NCBI GenBank assembly: GCA_050273025.1
Contig: CP158635.1
Location: 13,950,001-14,014,000 of the forward strand
DNA: 64,000 bases
Origin: Cenococcum geophilum
Lineage: Eukaryota
Reading direction: 5' to 3'
Position numbers and translations under genes: made by a program. Shown here piece by piece: positions 51,056-64,000 of this stretch (within the stretch, counting starts at the first letter, position 1; each line of letters begins with the position of its first letter). Below the pieces are notes generated by a model. That model was not told where the DNA came from and did not search any database. It was given only the letters and a program-made list of their open reading frames with translations.

Positions 51056-54000
51056 ATGCCACCAAAAGCAGCCACTATAACGCCATTAACGGCAGCAACT
51101 ACTTTAAGGACAGGAGGTGATACCAGTATAGCAGATACTAACTTACAGCAACCTGTGACGGTCGGACAGCTATAGGAAATAGTTAACCAGCTAACAGCTA
51201 ACAATGTAGTATTAGAAGAAAAACTTAATAGGATAGGAGCAGCAAAAATTAAGCTACTATTAATTAAGAGATTTATAGGAGAGAGGTTAAAGCTTAAAGG
51301 ATTTCTTACGTAGATGCACTTTAAGGTCTTATAAGAGGGAGCAAAGTTACCTATACCCGTAGATTAGATAGCCTACGCAGGACTATTCTTATTAGGAAAA
51401 GCACTTAAGTGGTTTAAACCTTACCTCATGGAGATATAGGCAAATAGAATGATAACCACTAACCAAAACGTGCGATTTATATTCTTAAGTTAGGAAGGAT
51501 TTGTAGAACGACTTACGCAGATATTTAGAGACCCGGAAGAAATAACTACAGCGGAAAGAAAACTCCAGAACCTTGTGTAACGAACTTTAGTAATTAAGTA
51601 TATAATATAGTTCTAGACACTAGCAATATAAGTAAAGTAGAATAATAGGGCGCTTATAGCACAGTATAAACAGGGACTTAAGGCTAAAGTCTAGGACGCA
51701 ATTATCCTAATAGAAGATGCGGACACCCTAAGGGAATTAATAGATTAAGTAATTAAGATTAACAATAGGATCTTCTAAAGGGAACAGGCTAAGAGAGGCC
51801 AGGATAGAGTTCTATAGTTATATAAGGCGTAGAGTACGCAACAATAAAAGCCAAGTTAGAAAATATGGTATGGCGCAGAGCTAATAGACCTAAGTGGTAC
51901 TAAAGAAGCCTATAAGAGATAGAGCAAACTATAGAAACCTAGAGGATAAGGATTAAGTAATTAAAGGTCTAAGGAGCAGAGGCTAAATCAGGGATCTTAA
52001 TAGCAGAAGACATTTAGGCGGACTCTATAGTAAGAGAAATAGTTTAAAGAAGGAGCTTATATGAATTGCGGAAAATAGGGTTATTACGTTAGAGACTGTA
52101 GAAGTGGGCAGAGTTACTATATAGTAAAAGGCATAAGACCAGCAGACGATATATACGTATAGAGGGATGATAATGTGCTATAAGGAACAAAAGAATATTT
52201 AATTAAAAGTTTTACGTTTTGTTACAATAACGTATACCAAATTTATAAGGACGCTAAGTACGGCGCAAGCTATTAGCTATAAGAGCTAGCACCTATAGGA
52301 TACAGAGGAACTAATAAACTAGTTCGTAGATCGGATATTAAGGATAATAAATTTAACGTAGGCGAAATATTTTATAACGATAAGGCAATAAGGGCCGCTT
52401 ACTGGGAGCAAGCAAACCTCGGAGATATTATACCAAAGGTAGAGGATGATTCCACTATAGAATAGGGAACATTAGTAGGGATCGAAACCCCACTAGATAT
52501 AATATCTATCACTTCATGAGACGTAAGAGAAGTAGGACAGTAAACCACTTTGGCACTTAATAAAGGCAAAAGGCCAAAGGCTTAAGATTCTTAAAACGAG
52601 ATAAGAGACAACCAAGATTCTTAAGATAAGATAAGGTAAGCTTAAGGACCCACAACAGACGATAACCGATGGAGTAGAGTAGCAGCTTAGTTTAAAGATA
52701 TACGAATAAGCTCGGGACGGAAGTTCCCACAGATACAAGATTCTTAAGACGAGATAAGTGAGATTTAAGACTCTTAAGATAAGATAAGAACACCAAGTAA
52801 GCCTAGTTAAACTAAGGCAGGAGCTAAGCTTAAGTTAAAAGCAAGCTTAGGATTAAGTAATCTAAGGGGTTAAGAATTCGGAGTATAAATCAGGACACCT
52901 ATAAATAAGAGGCAAGGAGCTTCTTTATAGATTAGAGAATCTGTAGTACAAACAGTAATTAGACTAGGAGATAGATATATAAACCTAGAAGACTTACTAG
53001 GGGAACACAGTGTTTAGCCTAAAGATTAAAAAGTTAATACTAGGATTAAGAAGCAAGACGACTTCAAAAATTAAAGTATAAGGCGCAAACTAAAAGAAAC
53101 CATAGAAGAGTTTAGACAAAGAATTATCGTATAGCAAAAACAGAAACTAGATAAGAGATCTAGTATATTAGGACGTATAAAGGACAGAGTACTAGTACGA
53201 AGAATTATTAATAGGCTAAGAGCAGGCATACTAAGAGCCAAGTGGCTTACCAAACTGAAAAATAAAGAGGATTTAGGGATTTCAACTAGGTTCGAAAAAT
53301 AACACATAAAGGGCTATTATGACGTAGTAATAAGAAGATACTTCCTTACGGATAGACTGTATATACTCTAGCAGCTATACTAAAAGTGGTATAGGCAAAG
53401 GCACAATAACGAGTGGGAAGATTTCTATATATAGTTGGATAAAAAAGTTATCTAGGACCACCCAATTATAGAGAAGGCCATAACGTATATTAAAGAAGCC
53501 TTAATTATAACGTTAAAGGATCTAAAGGAACGTTTAGAGGACTAGAGAAGCAAGAAACGTATTTTAATACCTACAAATAAAGTTATAACGTTTAGATTAG
53601 CACGATAAAGGTTTAAACTTAGGAATAAAGACGAGCTAAGAGTTAACCTAAAGCACCTAGTACACTATACGTTATTATAGATTGCGTGCGTAGACGATAT
53701 ATACAAAATATATAAGAATCCAAAGGAAAATAATCGGAAATACCCTATAAGGATATACTAGATAACGGATAAATAATAGTATAAGAATACCAAATATATA
53801 TATAGATGGCATCTAGTAGAGGTCTAAGAGGAAGGAAGTTTAGTACTTTAACCAGAAAGATTCCTTACGGAAGAATACTTAGACGGATAATAGTGGTGGG
53901 AATGCCCAGAAAACATGTATCTATAGTATATTAAAAATAAAAAGCGAACTAGGTATTAGCTAAAGAGCAAGCTAAATACACCAGGATTAAGCAGCTAATA

Positions 54001-54090
54001 GTTAGGAAAAGTAGAGGCCTATAGGACTAAAGGGAGCCAGTGGTAGAGCCTCAGACCCTTAAAGGAATTTAAAAACGACACCTAAATTTA
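51056..54090 (+). pseudogene. gag: gag with CCHC knuckle and a long C-terminal extension
   Basis: ATG CCA CCA AAA at 51056; retrotransposon-gag motifs (LKGFLT, LLGKALKWF, YKQGLK); knuckle relic (Y>C)MNCGK*G(Y>H)YVRDC near 52057-52100. Confidence 0.75.
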
Positions 54091-57000
54091 TAAATTAAGT
54101 GGCAAGATCAGCAGTTTAAAGCGCTAATAGATAGTAGAGTAACGCGAAACTATATCTTACTAATAGCAGTTAAGAGAATAGGACTACCTTATAGATAAAA
54201 GGAGTAACCTTATCTATTAGTTACGATTTCAGGAGACCTAATAACCTATAGAGGAGGGATTATTAATCTTAAAATAGAACCTATTTAGATAACTATTAAA
54301 GAAAGATAAATTAAGATGTCTTTTAATATCCTACCATTGGGACGGGACGAGGCAGTATTAGGCATGCCTTAGTTATAGGATTATAATCCAAGGATCAATT
54401 GGATTATAGGTTAGGTCAATATTAGAGATACTTAACGCCGTAAGATGCGACAATAAGTTAAGTTAGTATAGTACTAAGTAGGAGCAACCTACAAAGAAAC
54501 AGAAAAAGGACTAAGTTATATACTAAAGAGATACCATAAATACGGCAAAAAACTATAGTCACCAGAAAGTAAAAAGCTGTTAGAATATATAGCATAGGAC
54601 TATAAGATAGAGTTAGAACCAGGAATAAGTCTAAAGTTCTTTCTAATCTATAAGCTTACTAAAGAAGAAGGTAGAGCATTAAAAGAGTTTATCCAGGAAA
54701 ATTTATAAAAGGGATATATTAGACCATTATAGTCATTAGCGGGTTATCCAATATTATTTATACTAAAGAAAAATGGTAAACTAAGACTGTATATTAACTA
54801 TAGACAGTTAAACAGTATTACTAGAAAGGATAGGTATCCTTTACCCTTAATTAGCGAAATCTAAAACAGAATAGGTAATGTGTAAATCTTCACGAAGATA
54901 AATCTAAGATAGGCGTACCATTAGATTAGGATTAAGGAAGGCAACAAATAAAAGGCAGCCTTTAGGTTAAAGGAAGGACTATATAAACCATTAGTTATGC
55001 AATTCGGGCTTATAAACGTATTAGCAACGTTCTAGAAGCGTATTAACAGTATATTAGGAGAACACTTAAATAAATTTATTATAGTATATCTTAACAATAT
55101 TATTATCTACTTAATAACTAAGGAAGAACACGGGGAATATGTTAAATAGGTCTTAAAAAAACTACAAGAAGAACAGATGCCAGTAGTAATTAAGAAATAT
55201 AAATTCTTCACCAGAAAGACCAACTTTATTAGATTTATTATTAAACTAGGCCAACTTAGTATAGATCTAAAGAAAATTAAGGCTATAGTAAATTGGTAGG
55301 AACTAAAGAATGTTATATAGTTAAGATCGTTTCTAGGGTTTTATAATTACTGTAGAAGGTTTATAGCGCAGTGGTTAAAGGACATTAAGCCATTTATACG
55401 GTTAATAAAGAAAAAAAAACCATAGGTATAGGGAGAGGAGCAAAGAGAACTTTTTAAAAAAACCAAAAAATTATTTACCTAAGAGCCAGTTCTTAAGATC
55501 TATTAACTAGAACTAGAGACGGTTATAGAAATAGATGCATCAGACTATATACTAGGGGCATGCTTTATACAAAGGCATTAAGATAGATAGCACCTAGTGG
55601 TATACTATAGTCGGAAGATAACACTACTAGAGTTAAACTATAACATCTACAACAAGGAGTTATTAGGTATAGTTACAGCATTAAAGGAATAGAGAGCATT
55701 CTTACAAGGTATAGAGAAACTATTTGTAGTTAAAACGGATTATAAGAACCTAATAGGATTCCTAATAATAAAGGAACTTAACTAAAGACAGGTTAGATAG
55801 GCAGAGATGCTTGCGGAATACTATTTCAAGATTTAGTATACCAAAGGTATAGATAATACGCGGGCAGATGCTCTAAGCCGTAAAGCTAAACTATAAAATA
55901 AGGAGAAGCCATTAGGGGCTTTATTACAAAAAGATATAGACGGATTAATTAGGTACAATTATCCGAAAATTATAGTAACTTAAGAAGATAATAAACCAGA
56001 GAAAGTCTACAAGACACCGGAAAGCTTTTAGGCATAAAGAATTCTAAAAGTATAGCTAAAAGATCCACAGACGGATATATATAAAAATCAAAAAGCAAAG
56101 TATATCCTAAGAAGTATAGCAGAACAGTTCGTGGAAGACTTCTATAAGGGACTAACTTAAGGACATAATAGAGCTACGAGCTTAGTATCGAGACTCTAGG
56201 AGGAGTACATCATTAATAGAATCTGGAGGATAGCTAGAAAAGTTATAAAGGAATATCTAGATTGCTAAAGGAATAAACCGACGAGGCATAAGCTATATAG
56301 AGGGCTATAACCTATCAAAATACTAGAGAGACCATAGGAGGTTATATTATAGGACTTTATTATTAAGTTACTAAAATTAAAAAACCCTATCACCGGATAA
56401 GATTATAACGCGATCTTAGTAATAGTGGATAAGCTTATAAAGTAGGAATACTTTATAGCATATACAGAAGAAATCTTAGCAGAAGATGTCGCTAGAATCT
56501 ATATAAAAAAAGTGTTTATAAAACATAGAGTACTAAGCAAGATTATATCGGATAGAGATCTAAGATTTATAGCAGCATTCTAGGAAGTATTCTTAGCAGA
56601 GCAAGAAGTTCGAGCAGTAACTTTTACCGCATATTATCTACAGACAGACGGTTAAATAGAAAGATTAAATTAGATACTAAAATAGTATCTAAGGTATTAT
56701 ATCAATCATGCATAGAATAATTGGGTATCGCTATTACCAATTACATAGTTTGTATATAATGCAATACCTTAAAAAGGAATAGACACATTACTATTTAAGG
56801 CAAATTACGGATATAAGCTAAGAACATCGTTATTACTATAGTAAGTAAAGAAAATAAGTAGTACAGCTAAAGAAAGAATAAAGACATTAATAAATCTTCA
56901 TACAGACCTTATAGAATCAGTAAAGAAAGTATAAGAAAGAATAAAAAAGTACTATAATACTAAAAGATCTAAGGAACCAGATCTTAAGGAGGGAGATAAA

Positions 57001-57420
57001 GTGTGGCTACTACACAAAATTTTTAAGAGTTAACGACTAAGTAAGAAGTTAGACTATATTAGACTAGGACCTTTTAAAATTACGCAGAGGATTTTATCGG
57101 TTACGTTTAAGTTAAACCTACCAGCTAAAATAAAGATTTACCCTATACAGTATATCGCAATACTAGAGCCAGTATATGGGAATATTAAGCCACTGGTCTA
57201 TAAAGTAGACACGTATAGAGGATAAGAAAAAAACAAATGGTAAGTTTTAAAGATCATTAATTATAAGGACATTAACGATAAAATATAGTACAAAGTTAAG
57301 TAGATAGGCTACACTAAGACTACCTAGGAGCCACTAGAGAATTTAAGAAACGCTATAGGAAAGGTACAGGAGTATTAGAAGAAATTAGGTCAGGCAGCAT
57401 TAATAAAAAAGGATCGCTAA
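54070..57420 (+). pseudogene. pol: pol: protease, RT, RNase H, integrase, chromodomain
   Basis: ALIDS..TRN (54121), LRL.INYRQLN, PLVMQFGL, VYLNNIIIY, E.DASDY.LGA, YDIYNKELL, IISDRD..F, QTDG..ERLN and the chromodomain relic YKVK.IGYTKTT.EPLENLRNA. Confidence 0.9.
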
Positions 57421-57429
57421 AGAACAAGT

Positions 57430-58025
57430 TACCTAAGGGGGACCCAAAAAGAGCAGTTGCCGAACTACTTAGATCTATTTCCTTCTCTATTAGAGGAGAA
57501 TCCGTTCTTTTATTACCTAGTTCCTATAAACCTTATTCCACAAGTTTCCACTTCTTAGAATAAACCTTCTCACGCACCTTTTTAAGACGGATTAGTTAAG
57601 CAGACGCCACCAAACAAGACTTAAGAGCCCGTTACTAAGTATTAGCAGCCTCCTATTTAGCGTCCCAAGATTGGCGCAATTTAGTAAGAGCAACAGACAG
57701 TTCATCATCTAGCTGCGTAGCAGCAGATTAAACACAAGACCCTAAGACAAATCAATTAGGGAACTAGACGACTATTAAGGGTAATAGATCGCGCATATTT
57801 AGCATTAAAAGTAAAGCAAACGTCACAGAACAAATAAATATTCGCTTTAGTACACTCTAAGTAAGAGGACGGTTATTACAAAGATGGGTTCGCCAATATA
57901 ATATAAACTAACCCCTCTTTCAAACAGCAAGAACACAGAAACGGTATAATCTCACTAAGAGACAATATTGCAGTAATAGTGCGAGCACAACGAGCAGTTA
58001 AGGAAGAAGAAATTGCTTTAGGTAT
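57430..58025 (-). pseudogene. Antisense accessory ORF of G-B with Zn2Cys6-like motif and predicted intron (57742-57796)
   Basis: The minus strand reads C-x2-C-x6-(Y<C)-x13-(Y<C)-x2-C-x8-C, then a putative intron, then a helical segment. The 3' boundary is approximate. Confidence 0.55.
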
Positions 58026-61000
58026 AATAAGCAATAATATCAACCAAATTAATCAGACGGATATTATACCTCTAGTAAACGACCTAGAGATATTTTAAAT
58101 CTTCAAGGACGAAGATAAAGAGGAGGGAGATAGTATTACGGACGCTTTAAGTACGATATTATAACTACTTAGAAAAGAGACGGAAGAAGCTAGTTAGTTA
58201 ATATAGGCACGGTTTAGGATAGAGCCGATAGAACTATATAACAAAGAATAGTAACCAAGGTCACATAATATGATCTGTGTAATCTATATAATCTATATAA
58301 TCTGTGACAGAGCAGATAGAGCACACATACATTACGTATAAGAAGGATTTTATAGGAGTACGGTTGTGTATTTAAGGACCCTTAGTCCCTACCTAGATAG
58401 TTCCTTCCTTATAGTAATTCTTAAAATACAATTAGAGTTAATCTATTGGGCAACCACTCCATCAGTTATTATTACGTTGTTGACTTTTATACTTGCATTT
58501 CCTACACACCTAGCCCATTAACGAGCCTATCGTAGTTCTTGCTACAAGGTTCCGTTACACTTACTCCTACGCCTCTAAGCTTACTAGACAACTTTATTTT
58601 ATAGCTAAACTAAATATTAACCTCTCCTTTGCAATTATTATTAATACTAGGTATATTTAGCATATATTTTAGTTAAGAGAGCTATTTATTACCTATTAAG
58701 ATCTTTAAGCTAATAAGAAGATTATTATCTCCGGAATTAGAGAAACGTGTCTCTAGTTAATAGGAAAGGGAGATATATACCTAAGACTTATAATTCTAGG
58801 AGTTAAGAGAAAGCTTATTCTCACTAACGTCCTTTATATCCCTAATTTATAAGCTAACCTAGTATCTAGTTCACAGCTTATTAATAATTAAGTTTATCTT
58901 TATCTATTTAACCTTAGATACGATTTTCTCTATAACTTAAAGCTTATAGCTTACGCGTTTTATAAGTCCGGCCTCTTCTTTCTCTATACTTAGGCCGACT
59001 ATTAAAAAGGGCTTATAGCCTTTACAGTTAGCTATTAAACCAGCTATATATTATATAGCAGCTTACAAAACCTAGCTAAGAGGTTATAGTACAAAAGGTT
59101 CGGTTATATTAGCCCCTAGAACTTATAAAAGCTCTAAAGAATATTAAAAGGGATAGACCTTACTTACTTACTAGACCTTTATAACTATACCTGCAAAGCC
59201 TACCTACGTGGTAGAATACATAATGTTATATATTAGGATTCTCTTATTAACTATAATACTAAGCCTTATAAAGTTATATTCTCTAATATTAAAGGACCTA
59301 TAAAAGTAGCTGGCTATAATGGATTAAGATATTTTGTTACTTTTTAAGATAGAGTTAATAAAATAAGCGAAGTCTACCTAATAAAGTATAAGGCTAAAGT
59401 CCCGTTCTATTTTTAACAATATTAAGCGAAGGTTAAATAATAAGGAAGTCTTATCTTACGGCTATATAGTGATGGCGGAGGAGAATATCTTAGATATGCT
59501 TTTTAGCTAGAACTTACAAATAAGGGAATTTAGTTCTTATACTCGACCCTAGAGAGTTAATAACAAAATAGAGCCTTAGAATGACTTAATCGCACAATAT
59601 ATAACTAAGCCTTTACCTTTATAAATAATTGCTTACTTTCTAAGAACTTCTAGCTAGAAGCAGTTAAGCACACTAACTTTATACAAAATATTCTCCCTAT
59701 TAAATCATTAGAAATATAAACCCCTTACGAAATAAAGCAAGGCGAAGTCTTTAATTACTTTTAGATTTATACCTTTAAGTGCAATATCTAGTACAGGGCC
59801 GGCAGTTAGAAGAAGTTTAGCTCTTATATAGATAAGAAGGCAAGATTAGGGAACCTTATTAGCTTTAAGGGTAAATATATTATTTGAATTTAAAATAAAG
59901 AGATAGGACGGCTTATACGTGCCTTAGCTATCCACTTTTAAGAAACTGTTTTAATAGTTCCCGGTAGCAATAAGTGTTAAATTTAAGAACAATATGTTAA
60001 ATATAACTCCAATACTCTAGATATTAACGCTTAGTTTAAGGGAAAAGAAGCTCCACCTAATTATACTACCTAATGTAAACAGCATCGAGAAGAGAAATAG
60101 CTCCTTAAAAAAGCTTAAAAATTAAAGCGCCTTACTACTAATAAGACACCCCTACGGAAGTTAAAACGTCTAGTAGCTACTAATGGGCCTTAACTACCTC
60201 TTAAGTATCGCAATTCTGTTAACATTAGAGAAAACCTACCTATTGCAGCATTTTTAGCGCTTGCCTACTTCTTGACCCCTTTCTTTAAATACCTCTACGC
60301 TATACTTAGTAACTCCTCTATAGCTGAACCTTATAAGCTAAGGTTATAAAAACAATCTACCCTTAACGTTAATAATAATAAATGGTACTCCGCTAGTAAA
60401 GATAAAATTAGCTTTTATAAAGTAAATAATACCTAAACACTTATTAACTAACCTCTTAATTATAAAGTTCTTAACGCCCAATAGGTTTTTAAGCATAAGT
60501 AGGATAGTAAAGAAAGGATTATATAATATAAGGCAAGGTGGGTGGTAAAGGGTTATAAATAATAAGCTAGGGTTAACTTTAATAAGACCTTTGCGTCCGT
60601 TATAAAACCCATAAGCTATAAAGCGCTCTTTGCTATCGCAGCTATATAAGACCTTAAGATTAAATAAATAGATATTAAGACCGCTTTCCTTTACGGAAGC
60701 GTTAAGGAGAAAATCTACGTTAATTAACCTAAAGGTTTTAATAATGGAACTAAACGGGTTTGTTATCTAAATAAAACACTTTACGGTCTTAAACAGTTGC
60801 CTTAAGTTTATCATTAAACGCTCTTGGAGTTCCTTATAGATGCTAGTTTTAAACCCCTTAACTTTAACTCTTTAGTCTTCGCTAAAGGTTCCATGTATAT
60901 CGCAGTCTACGTTAATAACCTCCTACTTATTAGACCAGATATTATTAACATTAAGATTATTAAAGCTTAACTTAGCGGACGCTTTAGTATAACCGATCTA

Positions 61001-61118
61001 GGCCCTATTACTTATTACCTTAGTATAAAAGTAACTTAAGATCAATAACTTCGTAAACTACGGCTCAGCCAATTCTCTTACCTTAAAGAGGCTATTTGTA
61101 GCGCTGGTTTTTGGAACT

Positions 61119-64000
61119 TGTTAAAGTAGGTTCCAGTTAGCGTATATTGCTTCTTATTAGGTAGAACCTCTAACACTCTTCTATATAATTGTCGCTTCCC
61201 TACCCTTTTAGATATATATACTTAATAAAAATAATTATTAAACTATACCTATTTTAATAGGTTATAAGCCCGGAGACGCTTCTATCGCGTAGCGACCTAT
61301 ATATTACGTCTTAAGATATACCTTAGATATACGCACTCTAGATATTTTAGACATACGCACTTTAGATACTTTATACTCTAGATACTTTAAATATACGCAC
61401 TCTAGACTTTTTAGACATACGCACTCTAGATACTTTATACTTTAGATACTTTAGATATACGCACTCTAGATATTTTAGACATGCGCACTCTAGACACTTT
61501 ATACTCTAGATATTTTAGATATACGCACTCTAGACACCTTAGATATATACACTCTAGATATTTCAGACATTTAGATATACGCACTCTAACTTAGATATAT
61601 ATACTCTAGAAATTTCAAACATCCTATTAATTAAAATTAGCTTTTCTTATTATATCTTAGTTGCCTATTACTATCTATTAACCTTAAATTAGGTTTTCTA
61701 TTAATATTTTAGTTGCCTATTACTATTACTATTCCTAGTGCCATTGTTATTATTATTATTATTATTATTAGTCGTTAAATCCTTAGCACTATACTAAATA
61801 CTAAAAAGGTAATAGTATATAAGCCAAAGAATATTGTTTCCTACCTTTTTACTAAAACACTTACTTCTCTCTTATAAGTTATTATAGTAATTAAATACTT
61901 TAAGTCTAATATTAATCTCTCTAATATTTAGACACTTAAAAGCCCTACAGACTATAAGAAGTGGAAGAAAGGTACCGGGTAGTAGCTAATTAAAAATAAC
62001 TTTAATTTAGACGCTTTAGTTAACCTAGGAGCCGGACTAGCTATAAACTAACCTTAGGTTAAGAGAGACGCTTATAATGAACTTGTTAAAACTTATTAGG
62101 CGGATTTTAAAGCTTAAAAAAGAAAGTAACTTAAGGGAGTAAACTATATTTTTATAACCTATAGCACTCGCGGATAGAACCTTATTAAAGACTATATTGA
62201 AATTAAGGATATAATAGAAATCTTATACGCGGAATTTAAGCTAAAAGGAGACGCGATATACGCTAAAATATACGCTAAATGGCGAAACCTTACTCTTGTA
62301 AACTGTAAGAACGTTAAAGAATATATTATTAAATTTAAGGAAATATACTTGGACCTTAAGACCTAAAACTATACTATAGACCGAATAGACCTACTCTCTA
62401 AGTTTATTAATGGTCTTGGTCCTACTTTTAACGGCTAGTAAGAATTATTCTACCTTATATACTCCCTTACTAATAAGACCCTTACTCTCTTAAAAGTTTA
62501 GGGCCTTGCCTATATATAAGAGCAACTTATACTCTAAAGTTAACTAGTAGCTTTCTAAGTATACATAAATTAAGCCTCTTACCACTAGCAGTATTATGAT
62601 TAGTAAGGCTAATAATAATATAATAGACTGTATTGCAGGCCATATAAACGCGCTGGCCACTAGAAAGATAGATACTAGATCCTTTAACCCTATTTAAAGG
62701 AGATCTGGCGAAAGGAAAACCCTAAGAAAGCCGTAGAGATGGATACGCGCTCTACTTATAGAAGGGACTTTAGAAAATAATAAAGAGCCTATTAGAGCAA
62801 CTCCTTATTAGGATTTATATTATTACCTATAGCACTATTAGCAATAATAATAAATAGTAAGCCTCTTACTAAGTTAAGGCAATATATAGGAATGGCTATT
62901 TAATTAACTACAGTTTAGTAACAAATAAGGTGGCTATAAAAGCTTTAACTCTATAGTAAGCTAACTAGGCTATAATTGCACCTTAATAATTATGGCCGAA
63001 ACTCCTGTATTTCCGATTATATTAGATATTCTTTACTATAAATCCATCCACTCTTATATTATCTTTTATTTGTTCCCTTTGGACTCTTTATAGCCGGTAT
63101 ACTATTCTTCTTTTATAGTCTTTTACTGCTTATATAGATTACCCTTTAACCTTTACTATTAGTATAGAAACTATTAGCCTATGTATATAACCTATAGAAG
63201 AACTTACGCTACTTTATACGTAACCTACTTCGCCAACTATACCTTATTACCTATTAGTGGCGGGTTCCCTATATTATTTATATTCTTTCTTACTCCTACG
63301 CCTCTAAGCTTACTAGACAATTTTATTTTATAGCTAAACTAAATATTAACTTTTCCTCTGTAATTATTATTAATACTAGGTATACTTAGTATATATTTCG
63401 GTTAAGAGAGCTGTTTATTACCTATTAAGATCTTTAAGCTAATAAGAAGATTATTATCTCCGGAATTAGAGAAACGTATCTTTAGTTAATAGGAAAGGGA
63501 GATATATACCTAAGACTTATAGTTCTAGGAGTTAAGAGAGAGCTTATTCTTACTAACGTCCTTTACGTCCCTAATTTATAAGCTAACCTAGTATCTAGTT
63601 TACAGCTTATCGATAATTAAGTTTATCTTTATCTATCTAACCTTAGATACGATTTTCTCTATAACTTAGAGCTTATAGCTTATATATTTTACAAGTCCAG
63701 CCTTTTCTTTCCCTATACTTAGGCCGACTATTAAGAAGGGCTTATAGCCTTTGCAGTTGGCTATTAAACCAGCTATATATTATATAGTAGCTCACAAAAC
63801 CCAGCCGAGAGGTTGTAGTACAAAAGGCTTAGTTATATTAGCCCTTAGAACTTATAAAAGCTCTAAAGAATATTAAAAGGGATAGACCTTACTTACTTAC
63901 TAGACCTTTACGACTATACCTACGAAGCCTGCCTATGTGGCAGAATATATAATATATAATATTAGGATTCTCTTATTAACTATAATACTAAGCCTTATAA
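61119..64000 (+). mobile_element. Copia C-B copy 2 inserted in the RT of copy 1; runs off the window
   Basis: LTR 61119-61259 followed by PBS GGTTATAAGCCC, UTR repeats, gag and protease, colinear with 48454-50584 + 58565-59270. Confidence 0.92.

Larger units (their letters stand above)
50585..58559 (+). mobile_element. Complete Ty3/Gypsy chromovirus (G-B), 7975 bp, RIP-inactivated
   Basis: 426-bp LTRs (50585-51010, 58134-58559), TSD CTTAC (50580-50584 / 58560-58564), PPT AAAGAGGAGGGAGA (~58117-58130). The empty site is seen at about 63289-63293. Confidence 0.95.
48454..61118 (+). mobile_element. Copia family C-B copy 1 (5' LTR, gag, PR, IN, partial RT), interrupted by Gypsy G-B and by C-B copy 2
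   Basis: LTR 48454-48594, PBS GGTTATGAGCCC, integrase LRLYSDGGGEY..QNRA.E.LNRT, RT YKARWVVKGY, IDIKTAFLYG, LYGLKQ and IAVYVNNLL. Confidence 0.9.

Noticed and set aside
48454..61259. Two 141-bp LTRs as the ends of one complete Copia
   Set aside because: The second LTR interrupts RT, lacks a PPT, and is followed by PBS and gag, so it is the 5' LTR of a nested copy.
1..64000. Alternative genetic code or stop-codon readthrough explaining the abundant in-frame TAA/TAG
   Set aside because: The stops coincide with general C>T and G>A transitions at CpA/TpG (Cys>Tyr, His>Tyr, Met>Ile) and vary between copies, which is the RIP signature.

Overview
This window is gene-free, AT-rich fungal (ascomycete-type) heterochromatin made almost entirely of nested transposable elements. 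All are degraded by RIP (TpA excess, CpA/TpG depletion, TAA/TAG stops where Gln/Trp codons are expected). No intact host gene is visible, and the ORF-track ORFs are TE remnants or antisense noise. The resolved nesting includes two Gypsy families, one a complete chromovirus (50585-58559, TSD CTTAC). It also includes two Copia families with several solo LTRs, three Tad1-like LINE families (called L-A, L-B and L-C here) and a PIF/Harbinger transposase relic. The most unusual content is a set of non-autonomous passengers of the LINE machinery. (1) A TSD-flanked 1.48-kb composite retroposon (4449-5930) consists of a tandem array of 35-bp hairpin units, unique sequence, the ~125-nt L-C 3' tail and poly(A). 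(2) A TSD-flanked chimera joins 1.1 kb of foreign sequence to a truncated L-A (9119-13238). (3) A probable third repeat-rich chimera lies at 38707-48453. (4) ORF1-only 'half-LINE' copies have retrotransposed in trans. The chromovirus also carries an antisense, apparently intron-containing ORF with Zn2Cys6-like spacing in its 3' UTR. All calls were made by eye. Family labels are local names and coordinates of degenerate ORFs are approximate.
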